DNA from: Desulfatiglandales bacterium | GTDB taxonomy: Bacteria > Desulfobacterota > DSM-4660 > Desulfatiglandales > Desulfatiglandaceae | Direction: 5' to 3' | DNA: 64,000 nucleotides | Assembly (NCBI GenBank): GCA_963662465.1 | Contig: OY759599.1 | Span: 5,760,001-5,824,000, forward strand | Shown here: positions 34,454-43,879 of the stretch, piece by piece | How positions within the stretch are numbered: position 1 is the first letter of the stretch | Layout of the letters: every line of letters starts with the position of its first letter | Made by a program: the position numbers and the translations under genes | The notes under the pieces: generated by a model | The model's database searches: none | Told to the model about the DNA's origin: nothing | What the model saw: only the letters and a program-made list of their open reading frames with translations

Positions 34454-37132
34454 ATGGATAATACGATACCATCACTGGGCATTTTTACCACCGATGAAAA
34501 TCTGTCGGTGCGCACGTGGGATTCCTGGCTTTCAGGGGTTACGGACCTTTCGTTGGAGGATGTGCGGGGAAAGTGCCTTACGGACATTATCCCGGATCTG
34601 GAATCCCGAGGTTTGGCGGGTAAATTCAGGCAGGTGTTGAACCAGGGGACCGTTGAAGTGCTGGCGCCCCTTTTTCATCGGTATCTGATTGCATGCGCCC
34701 CCATGGCCCCCTCCCGGCATTTTAATCATATGCGTCAGCGGGTGACCATTATGCCCCTTCGCGATGGGGACCGGATTTCAGGGACCCTGGTGTCCGTGGA
34801 GGATGTGACCGCCCGCCTGGAAGCGGAACGGATGTCCAATGGGCCAACGACTGACCCTTCGGGCGATGCAACACCCCTGATTCGTGCCATCGGAGATCCC
34901 AGCTGGCGCGTGCGAAGAGAGGCTGTCAGGGGTCTCGTTCAATATGGCGGCGCCGAAGCGACGGCGGCCCTTTTGCGCACCCTACAGTCGGAACACCGGG
35001 ATTTAGGGGCGCTCAACAGTGCCCTGGAGGCCCTTTCCATGAGCCGGGTCGATGTGTTGCCGGCGCTGCGGGCCCTCATGAAAGATCCCGATGGGGATCT
35101 GCGCATCTATGTGGCCCAGGTGTTGGGGGACAAGGGGGATGCCCGCGCCGTATCTGCTCTGATTGAAGCACTGAAAGATCCGGATGCCAATGTGCAATAC
35201 CACGCCATCGAGGCCCTGGGAAAACTGCGGGCCGTGGAATCCGTGGAACCCCTCATGAAGATCGTCGCGTCCGAAGATTTTTATCTTGCCTTTCCGGCCA
35301 TCGATGCCCTTATTCTTATGGGCGATTCCCAGGTCGCGCCACGACTGGCGCCGCTGCTGAAAAACGAGCTTTTGCGTACGTCCATAGCCGAACTTCTGGG
35401 GAAGCTGGGGGACGATGAGATGGTGTTTCCCCTGGTGGCGCTTCTAAAGGAACCGGATGCCCCGGTGACGGTGATTGCCCAGGCGCTGGTAATGCTTCGG
35501 GATCGCTATGAAGACCTTTACGGTGAAGGGGATCATATTGCCGATTTGGCGGCCAGGGCCATGACGCCCGCGGGCGCCGGAAATTTGCTGGATATGTTGC
35601 CCCGGGCCGGGGATGAGGAAACAAGACCCCTGGCAACGGTGCTGGGATGGCTTCAGGGCCCTGCCGTTGAAAGGGCGCTCACCCGACTGATGGGATGTCC
35701 CACCGTGCGCAATGAAGTGCTGGAGGCCCTGGTGCGACACGGGGGCCGGGTGACGCTCCTGCTGACCGATCAACTGAATGCCGAAGACTTGGAGATTCGG
35801 TATGCCGCGGCCATTGCCCTGGGCCGCATCGGGGATGATCGCGCCGTGATGCCATTGGTTGGAACCCTTGAAAATGATCCCGATCTGACCATCGTAGCCG
35901 CTGGGGCCCTGGCAAAAATTGGAAACCGGGAGGCCTACGAGGCCCTTTTGAATATGATTGGACATCCGCAGCCGGCGGTGCGCCAGGCGGTCATCTCGGC
36001 GCTCAATTCCCTGGGACATCCCCATATGGCTGTAGATATAGAAATTTTGCTGGAGGGTGAAAATCCCCTGGTGCGGGAATCCGCTGTCAAGATTGCCGGT
36101 TATTTTGGCTTTGCCAACTGTGTTGCCGGGCTGCTGAAATGCGCTTCAGACTCCGTTGAGGCGGTTCGCCGAGCCGCTGTTGAACATCTCCCGTACCTGG
36201 AGGTGACGGAAACCGATCATCAACTGATAAAGGCTCTGTCCCAGGATACGCCACGCGTCCGGGCCGCGGCCGCCAAGGCCATGGCTCATGTGGATGGAAA
36301 AAAGGCTCGCGCCCCACTGGGGGCGGCCCTGGAAGATTCGGATCCCTGGGTGCGGTTTTTCGCAGCACGTTCCGTGAGCCGGCATGGTTACACCGATCTG
36401 AAAGAGTGTCTTCAGACCATGGCCGCATCTGATCCCGCCAACCAGGTGCGCATCGAGGCGATCAAGGCCTTGGGATGCATCAACGGCGAGGCGGCAGTGC
36501 CTTTTCTTTCCGGATTTATGCGGGATGCGGACACTGATATCGCACGGGCCGCCATTGAGGCCCTGGGGGAAGTGGGGCCTCCCCATGCGGTTCCGGCCCT
36601 GCTCTCGGCACTTCGCACCACGGATGCTTCTTTAAGAATATCGGTGGTTCGGGCCCTTTCAAAAAGTCGAACCCTGGAAGCGGTGGATATTCTGCAATGG
36701 GTGGCCGCTTCCGACAACGCCGAAGCGGTGGCGGATCAGGCCGCCGAAAGTCTTGCGGGCCTGAATATGCCCGAAGCCATTATGGCCCTGGTGAACCTGA
36801 CCGCGGACCCCGCAAGACGGGACAAGGCCGTGGGGGCTCTGGCAAGGTTTCGCGATGCAGATGTGGATGTGCTGGGTGAACAGCTCTCCCATCCCCAATG
36901 GCAAGTCAAAAACGCCGTTATCGATGCGCTGACCCGCATGAAACGCCCCAATGCGTCACGGTATCTGATCAGGGCCCTGGATAACCCGGAGCCCAGGGTT
37001 CGCCTGGCGGCGGTTCGCGCCCTGGGGAAGCTGGGAAACCGGGAGGCTAGGGATCAAATTTTGTCCATGGCGAAAAACGATTCGGATTTTACGGTAAAAC
37101 GGGCCGCTAAAAAGGCCCTGGAAAAACTATGA
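34454..37132 (+). CDS. PAS + PBS-lyase/HEAT-repeat protein (Cpc7-like)
   Basis: N-terminal PAS, then many D....VR..A..ALG repeats. Lies between the MCP and cheR. Confidence 0.88.
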   Translation: MDNTIPSLGIFTTDENLSVRTWDSWLSGVTDLSLEDVRGKCLTDIIPDLESRGLAGKFRQVLNQGTVEVLAPLFHRYLIACAPMAPSRHFNHMRQRVTIMPLRDGDRISGTLVSVEDVTARLEAERMSNGPTTDPSGDATPLIRAIGDPSWRVRREAVRGLVQYGGAEATAALLRTLQSEHRDLGALNSALEALSMSRVDVLPALRALMKDPDGDLRIYVAQVLGDKGDARAVSALIEALKDPDANVQYHAIEALGKLRAVESVEPLMKIVASEDFYLAFPAIDALILMGDSQVAPRLAPLLKNELLRTSIAELLGKLGDDEMVFPLVALLKEPDAPVTVIAQALVMLRDRYEDLYGEGDHIADLAARAMTPAGAGNLLDMLPRAGDEETRPLATVLGWLQGPAVERALTRLMGCPTVRNEVLEALVRHGGRVTLLLTDQLNAEDLEIRYAAAIALGRIGDDRAVMPLVGTLENDPDLTIVAAGALAKIGNREAYEALLNMIGHPQPAVRQAVISALNSLGHPHMAVDIEILLEGENPLVRESAVKIAGYFGFANCVAGLLKCASDSVEAVRRAAVEHLPYLEVTETDHQLIKALSQDTPRVRAAAAKAMAHVDGKKARAPLGAALEDSDPWVRFFAARSVSRHGYTDLKECLQTMAASDPANQVRIEAIKALGCINGEAAVPFLSGFMRDADTDIARAAIEALGEVGPPHAVPALLSALRTTDASLRISVVRALSKSRTLEAVDILQWVAASDNAEAVADQAAESLAGLNMPEAIMALVNLTADPARRDKAVGALARFRDADVDVLGEQLSHPQWQVKNAVIDALTRMKRPNASRYLIRALDNPEPRVRLAAVRALGKLGNREARDQILSMAKNDSDFTVKRAAKKALEKL

Positions 37133-37968
37133 TGCGGTTTTATTCCGAAACCCTGGGATTGTCCCCCGGCGCTTTTTCACTGCTTCGCGACCTCATCCAT
37201 GAGCGAACAGGGCTTTATTATGGGGATGAGAAACGGGATCTTCTGGCGGACAAGCTTTCTCCCCTGGTGGTGGAAACGGGCTTTGAAAACTTTCTTGACT
37301 ACTACTATCTTTTGAAATACGACGCGGATGCGGCCCTGCACTGGGATCGCGTCATAAACGCTTTGTCGGTGCAGGAAACCTATTTTTGGCGCGAGGTGGA
37401 CCAGATTCATGCCCTGGTGAATGTCCTGGTGCCTGCGTACGCCGAGCGGCACCCGAATCGGCCCATTCGTATCTGGAGTGCGGCTTGCGCAACGGGAGAA
37501 GAACCGCTGACCATTGCCATGGCCCTTCAGGAGGCCGGCTGGTTTAACCGGGCCGAAATTGAAATTCACGCCAGCGACGCCAGCAGCCAGGCCCTGATTA
37601 AGGCTCGGAAAGGTGTTTATCGGGAACGATCCTTCAGGAATCTCTCCCAACCCTTGAAAGAACGGTATTTCAGGGAGGCTGAGGCAGGGTATCAAATCGC
37701 CTCGACCCTTCACCAAAGGGTCCAATGGCATAAAGCCAACCTCATATCCCCGGAAGACATCCATGCGTTATGTCAAAGTCCCTTTATCTTCTGCCGAAAT
37801 GTCTTTATCTATTTTTCGGAGAAAGGTATAAGAAAGGTCGTGGATTGCTTTTATGAAAATATGCCCAACCCTGCCTATCTGTTTACGGGGGCTTCCGAAT
37901 CCCTCTTGAAACTGGGGACATCCTTTGAGTTGGAGGAGGTTGGCGGGGCGTTTGTTTATGTAAAATAA
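37129..37968 (+). CDS. cheR: Chemotaxis methyltransferase CheR
   Basis: ETYFWRE, IWSAACATGEEP, IFCRNVFIYF, GASES motifs. Confidence 0.95.
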   Translation: MMRFYSETLGLSPGAFSLLRDLIHERTGLYYGDEKRDLLADKLSPLVVETGFENFLDYYYLLKYDADAALHWDRVINALSVQETYFWREVDQIHALVNVLVPAYAERHPNRPIRIWSAACATGEEPLTIAMALQEAGWFNRAEIEIHASDASSQALIKARKGVYRERSFRNLSQPLKERYFREAEAGYQIASTLHQRVQWHKANLISPEDIHALCQSPFIFCRNVFIYFSEKGIRKVVDCFYENMPNPAYLFTGASESLLKLGTSFELEEVGGAFVYVK

Positions 37969-37971
37969 GGG

Positions 37972-38081
37972 CGGTTGTCGGTTACCGGTTTACGGTTGCC
38001 GGTTAAAACTGGAGGAAGATTATGGGCTCCTCCCATAATTCGTTGAAAAAACCGACAACCGTAAACCGACAACCGGTAACC
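37972..38081. mobile_element. Heptamer inverted-repeat element, family A, intermediate form
   Basis: CGGTTGT CGGTTAC CGGTTTA CGGTTGC ... AACCGAC AACCGTA AACCGAC AACCGGT. Its core GGAAGATTATGGGCTCCTCCCATAATTC matches both ends of the insert in the 241 bp copy. Confidence 0.7.
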
Positions 38082-38086
38082 AGGAT

Positions 38087-39130
38087 TTGACCATGACCTC
38101 CCTCATTCGAGTCTTAATCGTAGACGATTCGGCCTTTGTCCGCAAGGTCGTCAAGGAAATGCTTTCCCGCAGTCCCTTTATCGAGGTGGTGGGAACGGCC
38201 CGGGATGGCCTTGAGGCTCTGGAGAAAGTGGAAGAGCTGCATCCCGATGTGGTGACCCTCGATCTCATCATGCCGCGGCTCGACGGGGTGGGCTTTCTTC
38301 TGGAACAGATGGCGCGCCGGCCCCTTCCCGTGGTGGTGGTGAGCATTGCCAGCGAGAGCGGTGAAAAGGCCCTTCAGGCCCTGGATGCGGGGGCTGTTGA
38401 TTTTGTTCAGAAGCCCACGGCCCTGGCCACGGAAAAGGTTTTTGAAATCAGTGAAGAATTGCTAAGAAAGGTGAAGATGGCGGCGGGTGTCCCCATCAAG
38501 AAGCTGATTCAGCCTTTCACGTCTCCTCTATCCGAAACAGCCGTGCCCATGACGAGAGGCAGGGTGGATGCCGTGTTCATCGGTATTTCCACCGGAGGAC
38601 CCCACGCCTTGAAATTCATGATTCCCCAGTTCCCCAAGGACTTTCCCGTTCCCATAGCCGTTGTACTCCACATGCCGGTGGGGTATACGGAACTCTTTGC
38701 GCGGCAACTGAATGAGGTTTCTTTTTTAAAGGTCAAGGAAGCCCAGGAAGGGGATGTTTTTTCCCCGGGAACGGTTCTCATTGCCGCGGCGGGTCGGCAT
38801 CTCATCCTTAACAAATCAGCCTCCGGAACGGTTGTGGCCCACCTGAGCGCCAGGCCTTTTGACACGGTTCATCGTCCTTCGGTGGATGTGCTCTTTGATT
38901 CCGCTGCCGCGGTCTTCGGCGGGCGGAGCCTGGGGGTGGTCATGACCGGCATGGGTTCCGACGGCCTGAAAGGGGCCAGGGCCATCAAGGAAAAAGGGGG
39001 CCGTATTTTGACGGAAAGCGAGGAGACCTGCGTGGTTTACGGCATGCCCCGTTCCGTGGTGGAAGCGGGCTTCAGCGATTATCAGGTGCCTTTGAACCGA
39101 ATGGCCAAAACCATCCGGGATGCGGTGTAA
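38087..39130 (+). CDS. cheB: Chemotaxis methylesterase CheB
   Basis: REC domain plus GISTGGP, HMP, RPSVD, TGMGSDG catalytic motifs. Confidence 0.96.
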   Translation: MTMTSLIRVLIVDDSAFVRKVVKEMLSRSPFIEVVGTARDGLEALEKVEELHPDVVTLDLIMPRLDGVGFLLEQMARRPLPVVVVSIASESGEKALQALDAGAVDFVQKPTALATEKVFEISEELLRKVKMAAGVPIKKLIQPFTSPLSETAVPMTRGRVDAVFIGISTGGPHALKFMIPQFPKDFPVPIAVVLHMPVGYTELFARQLNEVSFLKVKEAQEGDVFSPGTVLIAAAGRHLILNKSASGTVVAHLSARPFDTVHRPSVDVLFDSAAAVFGGRSLGVVMTGMGSDGLKGARAIKEKGGRILTESEETCVVYGMPRSVVEAGFSDYQVPLNRMAKTIRDAV

Positions 39131-39151
39131 AACTTCAATTCTGGAGTCTCC

Positions 39152-39826
39152 ATGACGTTGCCCAGCCACACAACCGTACAAAATGATCCGCGAATCACAC
39201 AGGCCACCATTGACTGGCTCGATCAGTTTTCTCCCTGTGGCATTCTCACCACGGACAGGGATCTGGTGATAACGGGCTGGAACCAGTGGATGGCGCTGCA
39301 TTCCGGAAGAAAGGGCGAGGAGGTCTTGAGCAGGTCCCTGCCGGATCTGTATCCGGAGTTTGTGGAACGTAAGATGGATCGTTATTTCCGATTGGCCCTT
39401 TCCGGACAAACGGTGGTTTTGTCCCATCGGTTGCATGGGCGTCTTATCCCCATGAAGCCCACCGAACCCGGTGTGCCGGATTCCCATATGCCCCAGAGCG
39501 GCACCATCTCGCCCCTGTTGTCTGATGGCGCGGTCATCGGAACCATCACCCACATCGAAGACGTCACTGAGCGCATCCATCGGGAAAAAGAGCTGGAAGA
39601 ACAGGTGGCGCGACTGGAAGAGGCCATGAACCAGGTCAATACCCTGAAGGGTCTTCTCCCCATCTGCAGCTACTGCAAGAAAATCCGGGATGATAAAGGG
39701 TACTGGAATCAGCTGGAATCTTATATCGGAACGCGTGCCGATGTGGATTTCAGTCACGGCATCTGTCCGGAGTGCGCCAAAAAACATTTTCCGGATCTGG
39801 ATCTTTATGGAGACGAGGATCTTTAG
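39152..39826 (+). CDS. PAS protein with C-terminal Cys-rich domain
   Basis: PAS, coiled coil, then LPICSYCKKIRDDKGYW...FSHGICPEC (two CxxC). Confidence 0.8.
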   Translation: MTLPSHTTVQNDPRITQATIDWLDQFSPCGILTTDRDLVITGWNQWMALHSGRKGEEVLSRSLPDLYPEFVERKMDRYFRLALSGQTVVLSHRLHGRLIPMKPTEPGVPDSHMPQSGTISPLLSDGAVIGTITHIEDVTERIHREKELEEQVARLEEAMNQVNTLKGLLPICSYCKKIRDDKGYWNQLESYIGTRADVDFSHGICPECAKKHFPDLDLYGDEDL

Positions 39827-39840
39827 ATTTTAAGTTTTAC

Positions 39841-39899
39841 GTTTTAAGTTTTAAGTTTCTCTGCCAATGAATTTCTTGTTTTTTGTGACAGGTTTATAG
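39841..39899 (+). repeat. Dispersed repeat family B, copy 1 (TTTTAAG heptamers + unique tail)
   Basis: Its reverse complement matches 49987-50045 at 53/59 positions. Confidence 0.75.
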
Positions 39900-39930
39900 C
39901 TTATTATGCTTATAAGCCGGGAGATGGTTA

Positions 39931-40299
39931 ATGGCAAAAATTCTCATCGTGGATGACTCAGCACTTTCCAGAAGAATGCTGCGGGCCATTTTAGAAGCGG
40001 GCGGTCACGAGGTCCTGGAAGCGCGGGACGGCCTTTTGGCCCTGGAGCGGTTTTCCCTGGAAAAACCGGATCTGGTCATGCTGGATATGACCATGGCGGG
40101 GATGCATGGACTGGATGTGTTGGAGAAAATGCTTCAACTGAATCCTACGGCCAATGTTCTGGCGGCGTCAGCCGATATTCAGACCTCAACCCAGAGGCTT
40201 TTCCAGGAAAAGGGGGGCAGGGGATTTGTGGAAAAACCCTTTGCGGCGGAACGGGTGCTCCCCGTTATTGACGCCATTCTGAAAGGAGAAGCCCCATGA
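39931..40299 (+). CDS. Single-domain response regulator (CheY-like)
   Basis: IVDDS, LDMTM, SAD, EKPF; 122 aa. Confidence 0.9.
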   Translation: MAKILIVDDSALSRRMLRAILEAGGHEVLEARDGLLALERFSLEKPDLVMLDMTMAGMHGLDVLEKMLQLNPTANVLAASADIQTSTQRLFQEKGGRGFVEKPFAAERVLPVIDAILKGEAP

Positions 40300-40901
40300 T
40301 GATTCTCACGGAAAATCAGAGGGACGCCCTCACGGAAGTGATCAACATCTCTTTTTCCCGGGCCGGGGCGTCTCTCTCTGAAATCACCGGTCATCGGGTG
40401 CTGCTGGAAGTCCCCAAGGTGAGCATCCATCCCATCCATGAACTGCAGGATTGCCTGGGCGAGTTTATTCATGAAGAAATCGCCACGGTTCACCAGATTT
40501 TCTCCGGTGCCGTTGCGGGGGATGCCATGCTCATGCTCAACTATGAGGGGGCGGTGCATCTGTCGCGTCTTCTGGCTGAAACGGGCAATACCGCCGAACG
40601 GCTCTATGAATCGGACCGGGAGGTCTTGACCGAAATCGGCAATATTCTCTTGAACGCATGCCTGGGCACCTTCGGCAACATGCTGCACGTGCAGATCGCC
40701 TTTGCGGTGCCCCGTCTGCACCTGGAGGAACTGGACGCCCTGTTGGATTCCCTGATTATCGGCAAGGAAGAAATTCAATATGCCCTGGTGGTGTATACCC
40801 ACTTTCGCATCAAGGAAAGTGAAATCACCGGTTTTCTGGTGATCGTCCTGGGGGTCAACTCCCTGGAGATCCTTCTGGAGGAACTGGAGAAACTGGGATA
40901 G
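40296..40901 (+). CDS. cheC: CheC-family phosphatase
   Basis: Two ExxN motifs (DALTEVINI, EVLTEIGNI). Confidence 0.85.
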   Translation: MMILTENQRDALTEVINISFSRAGASLSEITGHRVLLEVPKVSIHPIHELQDCLGEFIHEEIATVHQIFSGAVAGDAMLMLNYEGAVHLSRLLAETGNTAERLYESDREVLTEIGNILLNACLGTFGNMLHVQIAFAVPRLHLEELDALLDSLIIGKEEIQYALVVYTHFRIKESEITGFLVIVLGVNSLEILLEELEKLG

Positions 40902-40911
40902 GGACGGCGTT

Positions 40912-43218
40912 ATGATCGACTGGAACAACATTGCTACGGAATGGTTGAGCGACTATGCCGCCATGGGCGTTTTCGTGGTGGACAAGGGGTTGAAGATTCG
41001 GTTCTGGAACCGGTGGATGGCCCATCACACGGGGAAAAGCGCTCGATCCGTGATGGGAAAATCCCTTTTTTCCATTTGCCCCGAAATCGAGACCCGGGGA
41101 AACGCCCGGTACTACGAGGAGGCGCTTTCCGGTAAATCTTCCATCCTGTCCCAACGGTTTCACGGCTATTTAATTCCCATGGCCGCTGATTGCGGTCAAA
41201 GCCTGTTTGAGTGCATGCAGCAGACCACCCAGATTGCGCCCCTCAACCTGGGTGGCGATGTCCTCAGCATCGTCACCATTATCGAGGACGTCACTGAGCG
41301 CATGGAACGGGAACAGGATTTGACCGTGTCCGAGCGCCGTTATCGGACGCTGGTGGAAAACGCCCGAGACCCCATTTTTGTGCTTCAGGATGAACACTTG
41401 GCGGAATCTAATCCCGCGGCGAGAGACCTTTTTGGGCTTTCAGGGGATCCTGGTGAAAAGGAGATGGATTTCCAGCGGTTTATGGTGTCAATCGATCCTC
41501 TGTTCGTACCCCGGTTTCGCCAACGCTATGATGATCGAATGGCCGGCAAACCGGTCTCGGATTTGTTCATCTATCCCCTCAAGGATCAGGATGGGATGAA
41601 GCGATGGATCGAGTGCAACAGCGTCCTGATTGACTGGGAAGGGCACCCGGCGGTTCTGGTCATGGGCCGGGACATCACCCGCCGGAAAAAAGCCGAAAAA
41701 GCCCTGTTCGAGGAACGCAACCGGCTGGCGGTGACCCTTCGCTCCATCGGCGACGGGGTAATTGCCACGGATACGAAGGGAAATGTGGTGTTGATCAACC
41801 GGGCCGCCGAGGAGATGACGGGCTGGTCCTTTGAAGAAGCGCTGAACAAACCCCTCCTTCAGGTTTTTCCCATCATTAACCAGAACACGCGAAAGCCCTG
41901 TGAAAACCCGGTGGAAAAGGTCCTGGAAACGGGCCTGGTGGTGGGGCTGGCCAATCACACGGTTCTGATGGCCAAAGACGGCAGGGAGCGCATGATCGCC
42001 GACAGCGGCAGCCCCATCAAGGACCGGGAAGGCAATATCTACGGCGTGGTGCTGGTATTTCAGGATGTCACCGAGAAACACCGGATGGAAGCGGACCTGG
42101 CCCGCACCCGGAACCTGGAATCCCTCGGCGTTCTGGCCGGGGGTATTGCCCACGATTTCAACAATATTCTGGCGGTTATCCTGGGTAACCTGGATCTGGT
42201 GAAGATGGATCTGAACCCTGGGAGTGACGGGTATGAATGTACCGGGGAGGCGGAGCAGGCGGTGCAGCAGGCCAAGGCCCTGGCCCGGCAGCTTCTGACC
42301 TTTGCCAGGGGAGGCACGCCGGTCAAGAAGACGGCCGTATTGTCGGACGCCATTCGAGAGTCCTGCTCCTTTGTGGTTCGTGGGTCCAACATTAAATGCG
42401 AATACGCCATTAACGAGGATCTCTGGCCCGTGGATGCGGATATTGAACAGATCGGCCAGGTTTTGAACAATCTCTTCATCAACGCCAGGCAGGCCATGCC
42501 GGAGGGGGGATGTATTCAGGTGGTCGCTCGAAACGATATTCTGGACGGGTCTTCCCTTCCTCTCAAGCCCGGACGGTTTGTCTCCGTGATTATTAAGGAT
42601 GAAGGGGTGGGCATTCCCGAGAGCCATTTGGCACGGATTTTCGACCCCTATTTCACCACCAAGCAGACTGGCAGCGGCCTGGGTTTGGCCACCAGCCATT
42701 CCATCATTGCCAAGCATGGGGGGCATATTTCAGTCGTTTCTCAGCCGGGCCGGGGGACCGCCTTTACCATTTATCTGCCGGCATCCGACAAGTTGTTGGT
42801 GGATAAAACGGTTTCTCGGGAAACGGCTCCGCCCAAAGGAACGGGAACCGTGCTGGTGATGGATGATGACGCGGGAATTTGTAAAATGGCGGCCCGCCAA
42901 TTGGAAAAACTGGGGTATTACGCTTTTATTGCTAAAGACGGCAAAGAAGCCATTGCCATGTATCAAAAGGCCATGGAAGAGGGATCACCCTTTGCCGCCG
43001 TGATCATGGATCTGACCATTCCCGGCGGTATGGGCGGGAAAGAGGCCGTCGGACAATTGCTGAAGCTCGACCCAAAGGCCGTGGTCCTGGTTTCCAGCGG
43101 CTACGCCAACGACCCGGTAATCGCCAATTGTACGGCGTACGGATTCAAGGGGGCCGTACCCAAACCCTTTACCCTGAAGGAGCTGGGACAGGCACTTGAG
43201 GTGGTGCTGAAAAAATGA
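40912..43218 (+). CDS. Hybrid histidine kinase, three PAS + HisKA + HATPase + REC
   Basis: GGIAHDFNNIL, NARQAM, DEGVG, FTTK..GSGLGL and C-terminal MDDD...MDLTIP...KPF. Confidence 0.93.
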   Translation: MIDWNNIATEWLSDYAAMGVFVVDKGLKIRFWNRWMAHHTGKSARSVMGKSLFSICPEIETRGNARYYEEALSGKSSILSQRFHGYLIPMAADCGQSLFECMQQTTQIAPLNLGGDVLSIVTIIEDVTERMEREQDLTVSERRYRTLVENARDPIFVLQDEHLAESNPAARDLFGLSGDPGEKEMDFQRFMVSIDPLFVPRFRQRYDDRMAGKPVSDLFIYPLKDQDGMKRWIECNSVLIDWEGHPAVLVMGRDITRRKKAEKALFEERNRLAVTLRSIGDGVIATDTKGNVVLINRAAEEMTGWSFEEALNKPLLQVFPIINQNTRKPCENPVEKVLETGLVVGLANHTVLMAKDGRERMIADSGSPIKDREGNIYGVVLVFQDVTEKHRMEADLARTRNLESLGVLAGGIAHDFNNILAVILGNLDLVKMDLNPGSDGYECTGEAEQAVQQAKALARQLLTFARGGTPVKKTAVLSDAIRESCSFVVRGSNIKCEYAINEDLWPVDADIEQIGQVLNNLFINARQAMPEGGCIQVVARNDILDGSSLPLKPGRFVSVIIKDEGVGIPESHLARIFDPYFTTKQTGSGLGLATSHSIIAKHGGHISVVSQPGRGTAFTIYLPASDKLLVDKTVSRETAPPKGTGTVLVMDDDAGICKMAARQLEKLGYYAFIAKDGKEAIAMYQKAMEEGSPFAAVIMDLTIPGGMGGKEAVGQLLKLDPKAVVLVSSGYANDPVIANCTAYGFKGAVPKPFTLKELGQALEVVLKK

Positions 43219-43220
43219 AG

Positions 43221-43239
43221 GGTTACCGGTTTACGGTTG
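43221..43239 (+). repeat. Family A left-arm remnant
   Basis: GGTTACCGGTTTACGGTTG, identical to 26537-26555, directly after the last gene of the cluster. Confidence 0.55.
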
Positions 43240-43334
43240 GCGAAAAAGATAAAATCAACAATTTGATGAAAATCTACAAAATAGCAATCCCAATCGAGCT
43301 ATTGAGCGATCTTGACAAGAGTCTATAAATTCAG

Positions 43335-43874
43335 TCAATTCTGATGGTTCCCCCCAAATTCGTTATAATCAGAATTTTTTTCTACAATAGCCTTCAGATC
43401 TTTGAGCATCAGAAATAAGTGGAATGGGTCGGTGGGGCTGGGCTCGAATTCCCAGTCAATATACCACTGGCGGGCTGCATCATTTTTTGCGTGTACAATT
43501 AATGCACGAATGCCTACGATATCAGATACCTGCAAAGTCCGAAGCAACACATCCTTGAGCAGGGCATGTCCCAGACCTTTTTTTTGATGCGCTTTATCCA
43601 CCGCCAGGCGCGCCAGGATCATCACCGGCACAGGGTAACGCGCCAAACCCTTCACCACTCTATGCGGTGCTTCCTGGTGTTCAACACTCCCCACTGTCAA
43701 GCTGTAGAAGCCCACGACGTCACCATTTTTGCAGCAGACGTATGTTTGTGCGCTTCCGGCTTTCTGATTTACCAGCGCATAACGCTGCAAAAACTGATTT
43801 AAGTCCGGCTGATTACAGTCGAAAAATTCAACTGAATCTACTGCACTGAGTTTATGTATGGATTCATGTCCCAA
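43335..43874 (-). CDS. GNAT acetyltransferase toxin (AtaT/TacT-like)
   Basis: FDC...LN.FL, VVGFYSL, PVPVMILARLAVD...QKKGLG, VHAK...A..WY...F; downstream of DUF1778. Confidence 0.88.
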   Translation of the reverse strand: MGHESIHKLSAVDSVEFFDCNQPDLNQFLQRYALVNQKAGSAQTYVCCKNGDVVGFYSLTVGSVEHQEAPHRVVKGLARYPVPVMILARLAVDKAHQKKGLGHALLKDVLLRTLQVSDIVGIRALIVHAKNDAARQWYIDWEFEPSPTDPFHLFLMLKDLKAIVEKNSDYNEFGGNHQN

Positions 43875-43879
43875 AGTGA

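Noticed and set aside
34454..37132. HEAT protein as a true phycobilin lyase
   Set aside because: No phycobiliprotein genes in the window; context points to a chemosensory scaffold.
26518..38081. Repeats as a CRISPR array or integron attC sites
   Set aside because: No regular repeat-spacer periodicity, no cas or integrase gene, and the flanking genes form a coherent operon.
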